Positions 8,835 through 19,386 of a DNA stretch of 64,000 nucleotides are shown one piece after another. The stretch is from NCBI GenBank assembly GCA_949747515.1, contig CATKFO010000051.1, forward strand, positions 4,226 to 68,225, written 5' to 3'. A program made the translations under genes and the position numbers. Positions within the stretch are counted from its first letter, which is position 1. Each line of letters begins with the position of its first letter. The notes beneath the pieces were generated by a model that saw nothing but the letters and a program-made list of their open reading frames with translations, was not told where the DNA came from and ran no database searches. The stretch comes from an uncultured Eubacteriales bacterium (GTDB lineage: Bacteria > Bacillota > Clostridia > Oscillospirales > CAG-272).

Positions 8835-10832
8835 TTATGATAGACGAAGCATATTAAAATCGTTTTGAGGCGTGCGGCAGGCGCCGCCTTCGCACAGATA
8901 CCATAATAAGTCTTCAGACGCCCTATAAGAATCCGTAAACGGCGCGACTGAAGACATTGTTTTTTCATTTTTATCAGATTTAAAAACAACGCTTATATTC
9001 CGAGCCGGACAATTCCTAAAATATGATAATATTTCGCTCGGAAATCTGTTTCCAACGCAAATAAGCTCCTTATGCGGATATATCGACTTCGCCATTGCAG
9101 TTAATGAAAAACAATGCGCCGCCGGATAATTTTTAATTTCTCCCGCCATAAACGCATGTTGTCGGTCCGCCGCTTCCCGAAACAGCGACTCTCCCGTAAG
9201 ATACGCTAGTTCCGCAAGGACTTCTTCAATAACGGAGTTTCCTGACGGAACGGCGCCGTCGTAGGTTTCTTTAGGACGTGAAATAAGTCGTTCCGAATCA
9301 TGCGCGGTCAAATAATATCCGCCGTTTTCCTTATCTTCAAATAAATCTATCGCCTGCTTAGCCCTTAGCGCCGCTTCTTGCAAATAGATTGTTTCAAACG
9401 TAGATCGATACAGCTCGATCGAAGCAAGCGCGTATACCGCGTAATCGTCGAGCTGGCCCGCGTAAGCAGCCTCTCCGCTACGGAAACAATGAAACAGACG
9501 ATTATTCGAATCCGTCGTTTTTTCGCGGATAAAATTCCACGCCCTTACCGCCGCGCTCAAATAGCGAGGCTCGTCTAAAATTACGCCGGCTTGTGATAGA
9601 GACGCGATCGTCCATGAATTCCACGAAAGCAAAATCTTGTAGTCGAGATGAAGCCTCTCTCTTGATTTCCTATATTCGTAAATTCTTTGTAACCGAGGAT
9701 CGTTGTAATTCCACGGCTCGTTTGTTTGACCGATGCGGTTGGGCACGCTTTTTCCTTCAAAATTTCCGCGTTCAGTAACGTTATATAACCGGCAAAATTC
9801 AAGTCCGTCCTTTTCACCGAGAATCCGAAGTATCTCATCCACTGTAAAAACATAATACTTGCCCTCGGCTCCATCGCTGTCGGCGTCCTGCCCGCAGTAG
9901 AATCCGCCGCTCGAATCGGCTAGCTCGTTCAGAATATAATCGGCCGTTCTTCGCGCAATATCGGAATAGAATGAATTTTTTGTAATTTGATACGCCTCAA
10001 GATACGCCGATATCAGCAAAGCGTTGTCGTAGAGCATTTTTTCAAAATGAGGAATAAGCCATTGCTCATCCGTAGAATAACGAGCGAAGCCTCCTCCAAT
10101 GTGGTCGAAAATTCCACCGCAAGCCATTGCCTTTAGCGTATACTCGGCCATTTGCAAAGCCTCGTCAACGCCTTCGTTTTCATACGTACGCGTCAAAAAA
10201 ATTAAATTATGCGGAGTGGGAAACTTGGGCGCGGAGCCAAATCCGCCCCACTTTGAATCAAACGTTTCTGAAAGAAGTTTGAATCCTTTGAGCAAAAGGG
10301 CCCTGTCGGCTTTCTCTTCTCCTATACTAGAAGAAGGCTTCCTATTTAATACCTCTGTAATTTTTTCGCTTGATTCTAAAAGCTTTTCTCTCTCCTCGCT
10401 CCAAAGATACGATATTTGTATTAGCAGTTCTCTGAGTCCCTGCCTGCCGTACGAACTGTTTTTCGGGAAATATGCGCCGGCGAAAAACGGCTTCTGTTTG
10501 GGGGTCATAAAAACAGTCAACGGCCATCCGCCCGCGCCTGTCAGAGCCTGGCAAACCGTCATATATACAGCGTCGACGTCGGGCCGCTCTTCTCTGTCCA
10601 CTTTAATACATACGTAATCGTTAAGCAGCGCCGCGATTTCCGGATCTTCAAACGATTCGCGCGCCATAACGTGACACCAGTGACATGTTGAATATCCTAT
10701 GCTCAAAAAAACGGCCTTGTCTTCACGTTCGGCCGTCTTAAACGCTTCTTCGCACCATGGATACCAATCGACCGGATTATCTTTATGCTGCAGCAGATAC
10801 GGCGATTTTTCATTTTTCAATCTGTTCGACAT
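8835..10832 (-). CDS. thioredoxin domain-containing protein (YyaL/SSP411 family)
   Basis: [44 protein letters not shown]; start set at ATG 10832. Confidence 0.92.
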   Translation of the reverse strand: MSNRLKNEKSPYLLQHKDNPVDWYPWCEEAFKTAEREDKAVFLSIGYSTCHWCHVMARESFEDPEIAALLNDYVCIKVDREERPDVDAVYMTVCQALTGAGGWPLTVFMTPKQKPFFAGAYFPKNSSYGRQGLRELLIQISYLWSEEREKLLESSEKITEVLNRKPSSSIGEEKADRALLLKGFKLLSETFDSKWGGFGSAPKFPTPHNLIFLTRTYENEGVDEALQMAEYTLKAMACGGIFDHIGGGFARYSTDEQWLIPHFEKMLYDNALLISAYLEAYQITKNSFYSDIARRTADYILNELADSSGGFYCGQDADSDGAEGKYYVFTVDEILRILGEKDGLEFCRLYNVTERGNFEGKSVPNRIGQTNEPWNYNDPRLQRIYEYRKSRERLHLDYKILLSWNSWTIASLSQAGVILDEPRYLSAAVRAWNFIREKTTDSNNRLFHCFRSGEAAYAGQLDDYAVYALASIELYRSTFETIYLQEAALRAKQAIDLFEDKENGGYYLTAHDSERLISRPKETYDGAVPSGNSVIEEVLAELAYLTGESLFREAADRQHAFMAGEIKNYPAAHCFSLTAMAKSIYPHKELICVGNRFPSEILSYFRNCPARNISVVFKSDKNEKTMSSVAPFTDSYRASEDLLWYLCEGGACRTPQNDFNMLRLS

Positions 10833-11068
10833 TTCGATACCTCGCTCCACCTTTCTATACGAGATATTATGTCCAAAAGAACAAGCGATATTTCGTATGG
10901 AACGAATAAAAGAGATAAAGGACGGCCGCGCCTCGGTCAAACCGTAATCTCACGCTTATCTTTTCAAATTTTGTTTTTAAAGATATACGCGCCGAAATTC
11001 TATATATATAAATTAAACCGGCGGCGATCGACGTTACGTCTGTCGCAACCGGTTTTATCCGAATAAAT

Positions 11069-11509
11069 TTATTCTTTAGTATATGTTAGCTCGTAATGCT
11101 CCCCGTCCGCAATAGCGGTAGAGTCCGCGCCCGTCATAAGATATTCTCCGTTCTTGCTTATAGCCCAATACGATTTGTCCTCGTCATAATCGGCGGTAAG
11201 CCCGTTTACAGAATTTATGTAAAGTCCGTACGGCCCGTTTTCGCCTTCGACCAATCCGGCCTCAACAAGAGCGTCGCCTAAGTTATCGGCTTCAGTGGCG
11301 ATTTCAAAATCTTTTGATTCCCCTTTGTCGTCGACCACCGTCACCGTAATAGTAATTTTGTTATTTTCCTTCGCAGGTACGCTTTCAACAGCCCCGGAAG
11401 TCTTGACCTGCGTATCCGTATCCGTTCTTTTGTCTCCGCACGACGCAATGCAAAAAACACTCGCAGCCGCGATAATGACGACAAGAACGATTTGAATTAT
11501 CTTCTTCAT
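11069..11509 (-). CDS. DUF4430 (transcobalamin C-terminal-like) lipoprotein
   Basis: Lipobox IASC; GLYINSVNG...YWAISKNGEYLMTGADSTAIADG. Confidence 0.75.
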   Translation of the reverse strand: MKKIIQIVLVVIIAAASVFCIASCGDKRTDTDTQVKTSGAVESVPAKENNKITITVTVVDDKGESKDFEIATEADNLGDALVEAGLVEGENGPYGLYINSVNGLTADYDEDKSYWAISKNGEYLMTGADSTAIADGEHYELTYTKE

Positions 11510-11811
11510 GAAATAAATTCTCCTTGATTTAAATTATAGGAATTTTATCACAAAATTCGCCGAAAGTCAAATGTTTTCAACTATTTTTCACTCTATCCAT
11601 TACGGTTTTTACGACCTTTTAGCGTCGTTATTTTAAGCCGGCTAACCGCTATGCCGATCCTATCGTCAAATCGACGTGCGGGCCTTAAATAAAAAATAAC
11701 GCGATAACTAATCTCTTCAATCAGACCTCGAAAATCAAAAAGATACGCGCAGAGCCTGCCAAGATTTCCAAATAAGCGAGCGTGGTCTCGGGCAATAATT
11801 GTCAATATATT

Positions 11812-12444
11812 TTATATATTTTCCGTTTCAGCTTCACAGCGTTTAACCATATCGTCGTCGATTAAAAAGCCGTCGAGTTTACCGTATCGGATTCTTTCAT
11901 AAGCGTCCGTCAAATACAAATCGCGGTTCAGCGACGCTTTTATTTCGGACGGAGTCTCGGAAAGTCTTATTTCATCGCCCTTTCGTCGCATTTTTAATAT
12001 AAGCTTTATATATAGCGCTCGGATCTTCTCCGCGTTTGTCCGACATTTACTCAAATTTATTTTTTCCTTAGGCATCGTTAAACGCGTCTTTTTTCCAGCG
12101 TTAAATGAAAAGATAAATTCACGTTCGTCTTTTCCTTTTACGATCCTTTTGCGGCGAGACTGGTATTCGTATATTTTTTTGAAAGCAGGGCGAAATATTT
12201 TGCGAAGCAGAGAGGATATAACGTTTAATGCGCTTTCGGCAGCTCCGCCCGCTTTCCTTTTTATAAGCAATGATAGCGCTCTGCCTAAAAGAATAGCCGA
12301 CGCTATTTCAACGACTGCGAAAAAACGAGCCGCGCTTTCGGCGTTAGGCAAACTGGAAACATACGAGCGTATTAATTCGAACGCTACTATAAGCGCCGCG
12401 TAGATTACGGCTTTTTTCTTCATTTTATTATGCTTTTTTCTCAT
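11812..12444 (-). CDS. membrane protein with DUF4129-like C-terminus
   Basis: Two N-terminal TM segments; IRALY...SETPSEI...YERIRYG pattern; overlaps the DUF58 gene. Confidence 0.6.
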   Translation of the reverse strand: MRKKHNKMKKKAVIYAALIVAFELIRSYVSSLPNAESAARFFAVVEIASAILLGRALSLLIKRKAGGAAESALNVISSLLRKIFRPAFKKIYEYQSRRKRIVKGKDEREFIFSFNAGKKTRLTMPKEKINLSKCRTNAEKIRALYIKLILKMRRKGDEIRLSETPSEIKASLNRDLYLTDAYERIRYGKLDGFLIDDDMVKRCEAETENI

Positions 12445-13541
12445 AGGTTTATTATCGTTACAGAATTACGCGTTTTTAACGATTCAATATAATCCGCCGC
12501 TCTTCCGCTTATAGGAACGGACGTTATAAGAAATATTTCCGTATTTGCAATAGCGTTGTTAACTCCGCTTTCAAGCAGAGCGGAAAAGGAAACGCCGCAG
12601 GTCAAGCGCGCCTTGGCAAGCTTTTTTAAAATTTCTTCGATATGATAGGTTCCGCCCGCAACTGGAAAGTATATATGTTTTTCTCCGTCCATAAGAAGGC
12701 AGTTAGCTGATAAACCGACTTTGTACCCGTTTTTTAGGGCCTCGCTCGCCAAAGAGGCGGCAAATGAAAGAGCTTTTTCCATCAATTCTTCATAATTTTC
12801 CGCGTTTGTCAGGACGTCCGAGGGCTGAAAATTTAGATAAATCATAAAATTATGTTCCGAGCAAAAATCAGGATTATTAACCTTTAGTCCCGAGCCTCCC
12901 ATAAAACCAAATTTCGCGGAAGCCTTAAAATTTATCAGATTGAACGGGTCTCCTGGAGCGTAATTTCTAATTCCCGACAAGGAGAAAGGATCGTAAGCAA
13001 CTTTTCGCGCAGATTCCGCCGTTCCGCTGAGGAAACTGATTGGAGACCGACCGTAATTAAATTCCATTATTCTGGGATATACGTAAAGTTCCGAACTGAA
13101 TTCAAAATATTTTGCGTCTGCCGAATGGATACTTTTGCTATTTACACGAGCAGAGCTCATTTGATAATATCCTCTGCGAGAGCATTTCACTGTTCTGCGA
13201 CGCGTCGTTTTCGTAAACGGAGGAAGATGAAAACGGCTTATAATAAGCTGCATTCCTTCCCGCATATCGTAGAGTCCGTCCCTTTCTAAAATAAGTTCTC
13301 CGTGAATATACGACTCCACGTCTACAAAGAATATCGGCAAAAAGCTTTTGTTGCAAATTGTTTCAACGACAGTAACCGTATCGTCCTCAAAAACGCCGTC
13401 TTTAGAAAAATCTCTGCTATATTCGAGTTTGTCGATCAGCCTTCCCTTTATATAATAATAAAATACGTACGCTAACGTTAAGAACAGCGCTAAAATAATA
13501 AAAATCAGCGTAATAAACAATAAATCATATATGTTATTCAC
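12441..13541 (-). CDS. DUF58 domain protein
   Basis: RRGYY, VYPR, GIRNYAPGDPFNLINFKASAK; directly downstream of moxR. Confidence 0.85.
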   Translation of the reverse strand: MNNIYDLLFITLIFIILALFLTLAYVFYYYIKGRLIDKLEYSRDFSKDGVFEDDTVTVVETICNKSFLPIFFVDVESYIHGELILERDGLYDMREGMQLIISRFHLPPFTKTTRRRTVKCSRRGYYQMSSARVNSKSIHSADAKYFEFSSELYVYPRIMEFNYGRSPISFLSGTAESARKVAYDPFSLSGIRNYAPGDPFNLINFKASAKFGFMGGSGLKVNNPDFCSEHNFMIYLNFQPSDVLTNAENYEELMEKALSFAASLASEALKNGYKVGLSANCLLMDGEKHIYFPVAGGTYHIEEILKKLAKARLTCGVSFSALLESGVNNAIANTEIFLITSVPISGRAADYIESLKTRNSVTIINL

Positions 13542-13557
13542 TTGGAGAAAGCCTCCA

Positions 13558-14514
13558 CTAAAGTTTATACCTGGCGAAGTCCTCCGTCGGCACGGCTACT
13601 TCGTTAAGAACCTCGCCGATTATTTTTTCCGCAGCGTTTTTTTCTGAAATCATTGAAGTTTTGAGTATCAGCCTGTGCGCGAGCGCTGGAATCGCGACGG
13701 ATTTTATATCGTCCGGCAATACGTAATCGCGTCCGCGGACAGCCGCCATTCCTTTTGAAGCCTTAAGTAAGGAAATACACCCTCTTACGCTGACACCGAG
13801 AATAACTTCGTCCTTTTTTCTCGTCGCCTCGGCTATATCGGAAATATATCCGAAAAGGTCTTCATGCGCGAAAATATTGTCGATTTCCTTCGCCGCTTTA
13901 AAAATATCATCTTTTGTAACTACGGAGCGAATGTGCTTAAGCGGGTCCGAACGTCCAAACTTACGTATAATGTCGACGCTTTCTTCACGAGAGGGATATC
14001 CCATGCGGGTTTTTATGAAAAACCTATCGAGCTGAGCCTCGGGAAGAGGGAAAACTCCCATGCTTTCGACAGGATTTTGAGTTGCGACTACCATAAACGG
14101 GTCGCTCGTCTTATACGTATCGCCGTCGATCGTCGCCTGTTTTTCTTCCATACACTCAAGGAGTCCCGACTGGGTTTTAGGCGTAGCCCTGTTTATCTCG
14201 TCGGCCAAAAGAATATTTGAAAACACTGGTCCCGGAAGAAATTCGAATTCAGACGTTTTCATATTGAAATATTTTATTCCGGTAACGTCGGAAGGAAGCA
14301 GATCGGGCGTGAACTGTATCCGTTTAAATTCACAGTCAAGAGAAACCGCAAAAGCCTTAGAAAGCATAGTTTTACCGGATCCCGGAACGTCTTCTATCAA
14401 TACGTGCCCGCCGGACAGCAAGGCGATAAGCAGCAGCTCCGTTACGTTATCTTTACCTACTATTACGCGACTGACATTTTCTTTTACTTTAGCGATAAGC
14501 TCGAAGGCCGTCAT
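13558..14514 (-). CDS. MoxR family AAA+ ATPase
   Basis: HVLIEDVPGSGKT, RIQFTPDLLPSD, LADEINRATPKTQS, ATQNP, LPEAQLDRF. Confidence 0.95.
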   Translation of the reverse strand: MTAFELIAKVKENVSRVIVGKDNVTELLLIALLSGGHVLIEDVPGSGKTMLSKAFAVSLDCEFKRIQFTPDLLPSDVTGIKYFNMKTSEFEFLPGPVFSNILLADEINRATPKTQSGLLECMEEKQATIDGDTYKTSDPFMVVATQNPVESMGVFPLPEAQLDRFFIKTRMGYPSREESVDIIRKFGRSDPLKHIRSVVTKDDIFKAAKEIDNIFAHEDLFGYISDIAEATRKKDEVILGVSVRGCISLLKASKGMAAVRGRDYVLPDDIKSVAIPALAHRLILKTSMISEKNAAEKIIGEVLNEVAVPTEDFARYKL

Positions 14515-14952
14515 AAAAATGAATTCTCCTATTTTCAGTTAAAATATTAGTATTTCATGATCCACGATACGACTTGTACTTAATTCTAACGTGACAAACG
14601 ACAAATTTATTATTAATATTTTATCATTAACAGTACGCTATGTCAACGAGCCGTCATGTAAAAAACGTGAAATATAACTTTTTATATTCGAGAAACAGCT
14701 TCCGGCGCTCACAAAAGAGACTCTCGTAAAAAATCCCATTCAGAGCGCCGGAAATCAAACGACGTTCAATTTATAAAGATCTCAAATTTCTGATATTTGA
14801 CGCCCATACGCAATCGCAACTATAACATTATAAAATCAAAAGTTATAAAAGCGGTAAGATTATTCAGTTCTTACCGGCGGTCTTTACTCATTCTGAAATG
14901 TCCTTTTGCCAAACATAAATTACTATACGTACGCGAGCTTATTATCATCATG

Positions 14953-15057
14953 CTATCCGTTTTTATTGCCGTCGGATCGGTTTATTTGCAGACAGCACAT
15001 AAAAACCGTGGCGATAAAACCGCCGAACATACTTCCGATAATAAAATATACGGCCAC
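14953..15057 (-). CDS. small membrane peptide, DUF3789-like (34 aa; absent from ORF track)
   Basis: GGGAG RBS, GTG start, MAVYFIIGSMFGGFIATVFMCCLQINRSDGNKNG. Confidence 0.6.
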   Translation of the reverse strand: MAVYFIIGSMFGGFIATVFMCCLQINRSDGNKNG

Positions 15058-15192
15058 TATATCAATCACTCCCAATTATATAAGCTTTACCTTTATTTTT
15101 CTCGAAATCTCCGCATATATACTTTTTTGAATGATTTTACCAAACAATTTGCGCTGTAAATAGTTTTGAAACGTAAAGTAATTTCATAAGGA

Positions 15193-15537
15193 TTATTGCT
15201 TTTTCTTTTTGTTCCTAGGCTTCGGAACGGGCGTAATCTCTTCAAGAACCGAGACGACTTCTTTTACAAAAGGCGCGTTTTCAATATCGAGAACGTAATG
15301 CTCTTTCGCCCCTTTATACGGAATTCCGCATTCCGAATTTTTCATAAGAGCCGCGATTTTCGGAAGCTTCTCCGGCTGTTTTTTCACGAACACAGTGTTT
15401 TCGCATACGAGTAAAATAGGCTTATCGTTGACGTAAACCATATACTCGCCGAACATTTTTTTGTACCGAACCAAGCCGAGTTCGGCTCTTCCGACCTGCT
15501 CGCATACTAATTCAATATACTGTTCCGACGTGGACAT
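15193..15537 (-). CDS. TfoX/Sxy N-terminal domain protein
   Basis: YKKMFGEYMVYVNDKP...PYKGAKEHY. Confidence 0.85.
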   Translation of the reverse strand: MSTSEQYIELVCEQVGRAELGLVRYKKMFGEYMVYVNDKPILLVCENTVFVKKQPEKLPKIAALMKNSECGIPYKGAKEHYVLDIENAPFVKEVVSVLEEITPVPKPRNKKKKQ

Positions 15538-15576
15538 GTTAGTATCCGTCCTTTAATTTAAAATTTTATTTATCGC

Positions 15577-18500
15577 TTATATCGCGGTTAAAGAATTATT
15601 TTTATCCGCAAGAGGAACGAGCGCGGCGTCGCCTAAAGGCAAAGAATAAATATACGTCTCGTCCGGAAATCTGCCGAACAGAAGACGACAGGCCTCCGCG
15701 TAATATGAAAGCTGTAGTTTATGTCTCGATATCAGTTTATCGGACGCCGCCTCGGGATGCGCCAGCTCGTATGCCGTAAGCGCGTCGGTTTTATAATCTA
15801 TAAGCGCGAGACGGCCGTCGCGCTCTTCCATCACGCAGTCGAAAACTCCCTGAACCGTTATTTTCTCTCCGCTTTCGCTCAGCTTTTTTCGCAAATCGTC
15901 GTCTTCGGTAAAATCGGAGGCGGGCAGTCTTACGTTGAAGCGATACTCGCGTATCAGCCTCGCGGCCGACAGCATCCGATCCATAAGAGCGCTCTCGGCG
16001 AAGCGTTCCACCTGACGCGCGTTTACTAAAGACGCCATTTTTTCCGTAATAAATCCGAGGGATACGAGCCTGTCTATTTCAGCGCGAGCTCCGTCTCTGC
16101 GAAGAGCCTCAAAATCTGCAAACTGTAGAACTACGTGAGTCGACGTTCCTCTTTCCGCAGGCGTAAATCCCGAGCTTCCCGTCATATACCTTGGACGAGG
16201 AGTCTCGCTTTCAGCGCCGGGCGTTTCTTTCCCTTTATTGTCGGCGTCGACCGCGTACTCGTCCACGGAGAAAATATCTCGCCCTTCGTCGGAGGAATCA
16301 AGAATAGCAGGATAAAGACGCGATACGGAAAGCTTGGACGGTATATTTGCAAGATAACCGTAAGGATATTCAAAGTCGAGATTATTCGTCAGTTTTTCCT
16401 CGTGGAGCTCGTATTCTTCTCTCTCTTCATCAAATTGAGAAGAATACGTTTTTCCTTCGGATATTTCAGCGGCTGGAATAACCGACAGCGCGCAGTCTCC
16501 TCCTCCGTCCGTCGTTATAGCTCCGAGAATATGATCGAGGAACGATACGGCGCGATCCTTCGTATACCTGTCGCAGTACGGCGCCGCCATACGCGCCGCT
16601 TCTAATTTTTCCTCCGCTTTTTCAAGGGTTCCAGTAACGACGAGCCTACGGCGGGCGCGGGTCATGGCGACGTAAAGAACGCGCATTTCTTCCTCAGTAC
16701 CTTCCTTGCTCATGAGGGACGCGACGGCGGTTCGCATAGGCGTTCCGCACCTGACGAGTCCGCCCGGATCCGGCAGTCTCATAGCGGCTCCTACCGATCT
16801 ATGAAGAAGGAGATCGGCGGTTTCGTCGCGAGAATTTCTCTTTTTTCCGGCGTCGCAGAGGAAGCAGACTTCAAATTCCAATCCCTTCGACTTATGTATG
16901 CTCATCACCGTTACCGCGTCGTTCTCGGCAGATTCCGAAACAACTCCGCTATTCCCAAGTTTTTCAGCGGCGAAACGAAGAAATCCGTAAAGGCCTCCGA
17001 AAACGCCGGATTCATATGAAGACGCCGTATCGCGTATGACGTTCAGATTAGTTTCTCCACAAGGCTTTTCCGTTACTTCGGGGGCGGAAAAAAGCTCCAG
17101 CTCAGAATACATATATTCGATAAATCGGTCCGCGCTCATTCCTCGTTCAGCCTCCCGCAAAGCCGTAACGCGGTTTACAGCGGTTTGACATTTTGTCCGC
17201 AGAGATTCTTCTTTCTCATGGACCGACGGGTCTTTTCCAAAATCCTCTTCGTTATTTTCCGCGTATTTTTTTAGCGAAAGCCAGAGAGGCGCGCCGTCCG
17301 TCGCGTCTGAATCCGAAAGCTTCACGCGCACCAAATCTTCAAGCGAAAAGCCGAACACAGAGGAACGCAGAGAACCGGCAAGCTCCACGTCGCGGAAAGG
17401 ATTGTCTACGGTCCTGAGAAGGTCGAAAACCAGTAAGACCTCGCTTTCCTCCATAAACTGCCGCTTACCCGCGCTTTTAACCGGAATTCCCCGCCGCGCG
17501 ACGGCGTCCGCATAAACCGCGCCTCTTGCTGAAATCCCCCTCAGCAATACGGCGATATTTCCGGGCCGAACTCCCTCCGACACCATGTCTGCTATTCGTC
17601 CCGCCACATATTCGGCTTCAGGTTCCTCAATAGTCGGTTCAGCCTGGCCTTCTGCTTTCTTTTTACCCCGTCCCGGCTTATCGATCAGGCATACCTCGAC
17701 GGGAGTCTCGTCGTCTTCTCCGCCGCCGAATACAAGGCAGTCTTCCTCTGAAAACGGCACGCTTCCGCCGGCGAACATAAACCTAGATACGGAGTTAACA
17801 AAATCTATAACCGGTCTTGAACACCGGAAATTTTCACTCATGAATATACTTCGCCCCGGAGGATAGCGGAGCTTGCTTTCAGCGTTTATTTCGCTCCCTT
17901 CAACCGCATACGTATCGCGGTCGTTTTCACGCGTTTTTTCGTTGTATCGCAGCGGCTCCCACGCCCGTCTGTATCCCGAAAAAACCTCCGGCTCCGCGCC
18001 TCTGAACCGGTATATGCTTTGCTTAACGTCTCCCACAAAAAAACTTTCGGCGTTAGCTGCGACGGCTCTGAATATCCTGTCCTGCACGCTGTTCGTATCC
18101 TGATATTCGTCTATAAACACAAATTTGAGCCGGCGACCTTCCTCTAAAGCGGCGGCGGAGGGACTGCCGTCGTCGTTTTCAAGAAGCTTTAGCGCGTTCA
18201 TCTCAAGATCCGAATAATCGAGAACGTTTCCATCCCTTTTGAGGGACGTAAAGCGATCGTCGAAAACACGGCATATTTCGGCGGCCGACCTCAGGGCTTT
18301 CGCAGTCTTAAGCATAGCGGGAACTATTTCCCCTTCGTCTGCGGAAAGCAGCCGCGCCGCGAGAGCCGCAAGTTCTGCTTTCATAGCCCCTCTCTCTCTT
18401 TGGAACATGACTGATTCAGGAGTTTTCTTAGACGCGGACAAAGGCTTTAATCCAGGCTGAACATACTTTATGGCTTCTCTTATCTCTCCGTACGAACCGG

Positions 18501-19308
18501 AACGGGTAATACGCTCAAGCCGAGCGAGATATTCCGCGTCCGCCGCAGCCGCGGGAAGATACTTTTCGGCTACAACCGGATCGGACGCTATTTCTTCCCT
18601 GAGAGATGAGATTACGCGCAGATAATGCGAAGCCGCTCCGTGAATCTCTCCTCTTATGATTTTGCCGAAAGAGCAGTCGAGAAAATCGTGTTCAGACGAC
18701 GCGTCAAGCTCGTCCGCGCACGACAGAAGCCATTCATGCCCCAAGCCGAGCGACCGGAGTCTGTCGTACAAATCGCGCATTGCGGCGTCAAGTCCGCCAG
18801 CGTCCCTCGTTTTGCCGAAAACGTCCGCGGTTTCAATTATGTCCGCGCAATTTTTTCCCTTGGGAAAACTAAGCTCTCCGCGGAAAAAGTCGTCGATTAC
18901 GTCCTCCATCGCTCTCTCTTTCATAACTTCGGCTTCCGCTTCATCCGCGACCGAAAAATCCGGAGTAAGAGATAATACGGCGAAGTTTTTACGCAGCAAA
19001 CGGTGGCAGTACGAATGAATTGTGCATATTTCCGCGGACGGAAGCGCGGCTATATGACGGGCCATGGACGAGTCTTCGAGGGCGGCTTCGGCAAGCTTCC
19101 GTCCTATTCTGGTCTTCATTTCTCCCGCGGCTGGTTTAGTATAGGTTACGATAAGCATTTCGCCAAGCGAAGCCTCGCCGTCTTTAAGGAGCGTTATGAT
19201 TCTTTCCGAAAGAGTAGCGGTCTTTCCGCTTCCAGCAGCGGCTGAAACGAGAATATTTCCTCTTGCGGATATAGCCGCCTTCTGCGCTTCAGTCCATTTT
19301 ACCGCCAT
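15577..19308 (-). CDS. addA: ATP-dependent helicase/nuclease subunit A
   Basis: VSAAAGSGKT, IDEYQDTN, VGDVKQSIYRFRGA, SIHKSKGLEF, LYVAMTRA; C-terminal RecB-type nuclease QGVFD...IDYKT...QLSYY. Confidence 0.93.
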   Translation of the reverse strand: MAVKWTEAQKAAISARGNILVSAAAGSGKTATLSERIITLLKDGEASLGEMLIVTYTKPAAGEMKTRIGRKLAEAALEDSSMARHIAALPSAEICTIHSYCHRLLRKNFAVLSLTPDFSVADEAEAEVMKERAMEDVIDDFFRGELSFPKGKNCADIIETADVFGKTRDAGGLDAAMRDLYDRLRSLGLGHEWLLSCADELDASSEHDFLDCSFGKIIRGEIHGAASHYLRVISSLREEIASDPVVAEKYLPAAAADAEYLARLERITRSGSYGEIREAIKYVQPGLKPLSASKKTPESVMFQRERGAMKAELAALAARLLSADEGEIVPAMLKTAKALRSAAEICRVFDDRFTSLKRDGNVLDYSDLEMNALKLLENDDGSPSAAALEEGRRLKFVFIDEYQDTNSVQDRIFRAVAANAESFFVGDVKQSIYRFRGAEPEVFSGYRRAWEPLRYNEKTRENDRDTYAVEGSEINAESKLRYPPGRSIFMSENFRCSRPVIDFVNSVSRFMFAGGSVPFSEEDCLVFGGGEDDETPVEVCLIDKPGRGKKKAEGQAEPTIEEPEAEYVAGRIADMVSEGVRPGNIAVLLRGISARGAVYADAVARRGIPVKSAGKRQFMEESEVLLVFDLLRTVDNPFRDVELAGSLRSSVFGFSLEDLVRVKLSDSDATDGAPLWLSLKKYAENNEEDFGKDPSVHEKEESLRTKCQTAVNRVTALREAERGMSADRFIEYMYSELELFSAPEVTEKPCGETNLNVIRDTASSYESGVFGGLYGFLRFAAEKLGNSGVVSESAENDAVTVMSIHKSKGLEFEVCFLCDAGKKRNSRDETADLLLHRSVGAAMRLPDPGGLVRCGTPMRTAVASLMSKEGTEEEMRVLYVAMTRARRRLVVTGTLEKAEEKLEAARMAAPYCDRYTKDRAVSFLDHILGAITTDGGGDCALSVIPAAEISEGKTYSSQFDEEREEYELHEEKLTNNLDFEYPYGYLANIPSKLSVSRLYPAILDSSDEGRDIFSVDEYAVDADNKGKETPGAESETPRPRYMTGSSGFTPAERGTSTHVVLQFADFEALRRDGARAEIDRLVSLGFITEKMASLVNARQVERFAESALMDRMLSAARLIREYRFNVRLPASDFTEDDDLRKKLSESGEKITVQGVFDCVMEERDGRLALIDYKTDALTAYELAHPEAASDKLISRHKLQLSYYAEACRLLFGRFPDETYIYSLPLGDAALVPLADKNNSLTAI

Positions 19309-19386
19309 TATCGTATACCGTCCTTCCAAGGTTTAAACGTAATCTTTATTATAGTAAATCCGCACGAAGTTTTGCTCTTTAAAATT

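Noticed and set aside
11510-11810. Cobalamin riboswitch upstream of the DUF4430 lipoprotein
   Set aside because: No B12-box or GGGAA/GCCACTG motifs recognised
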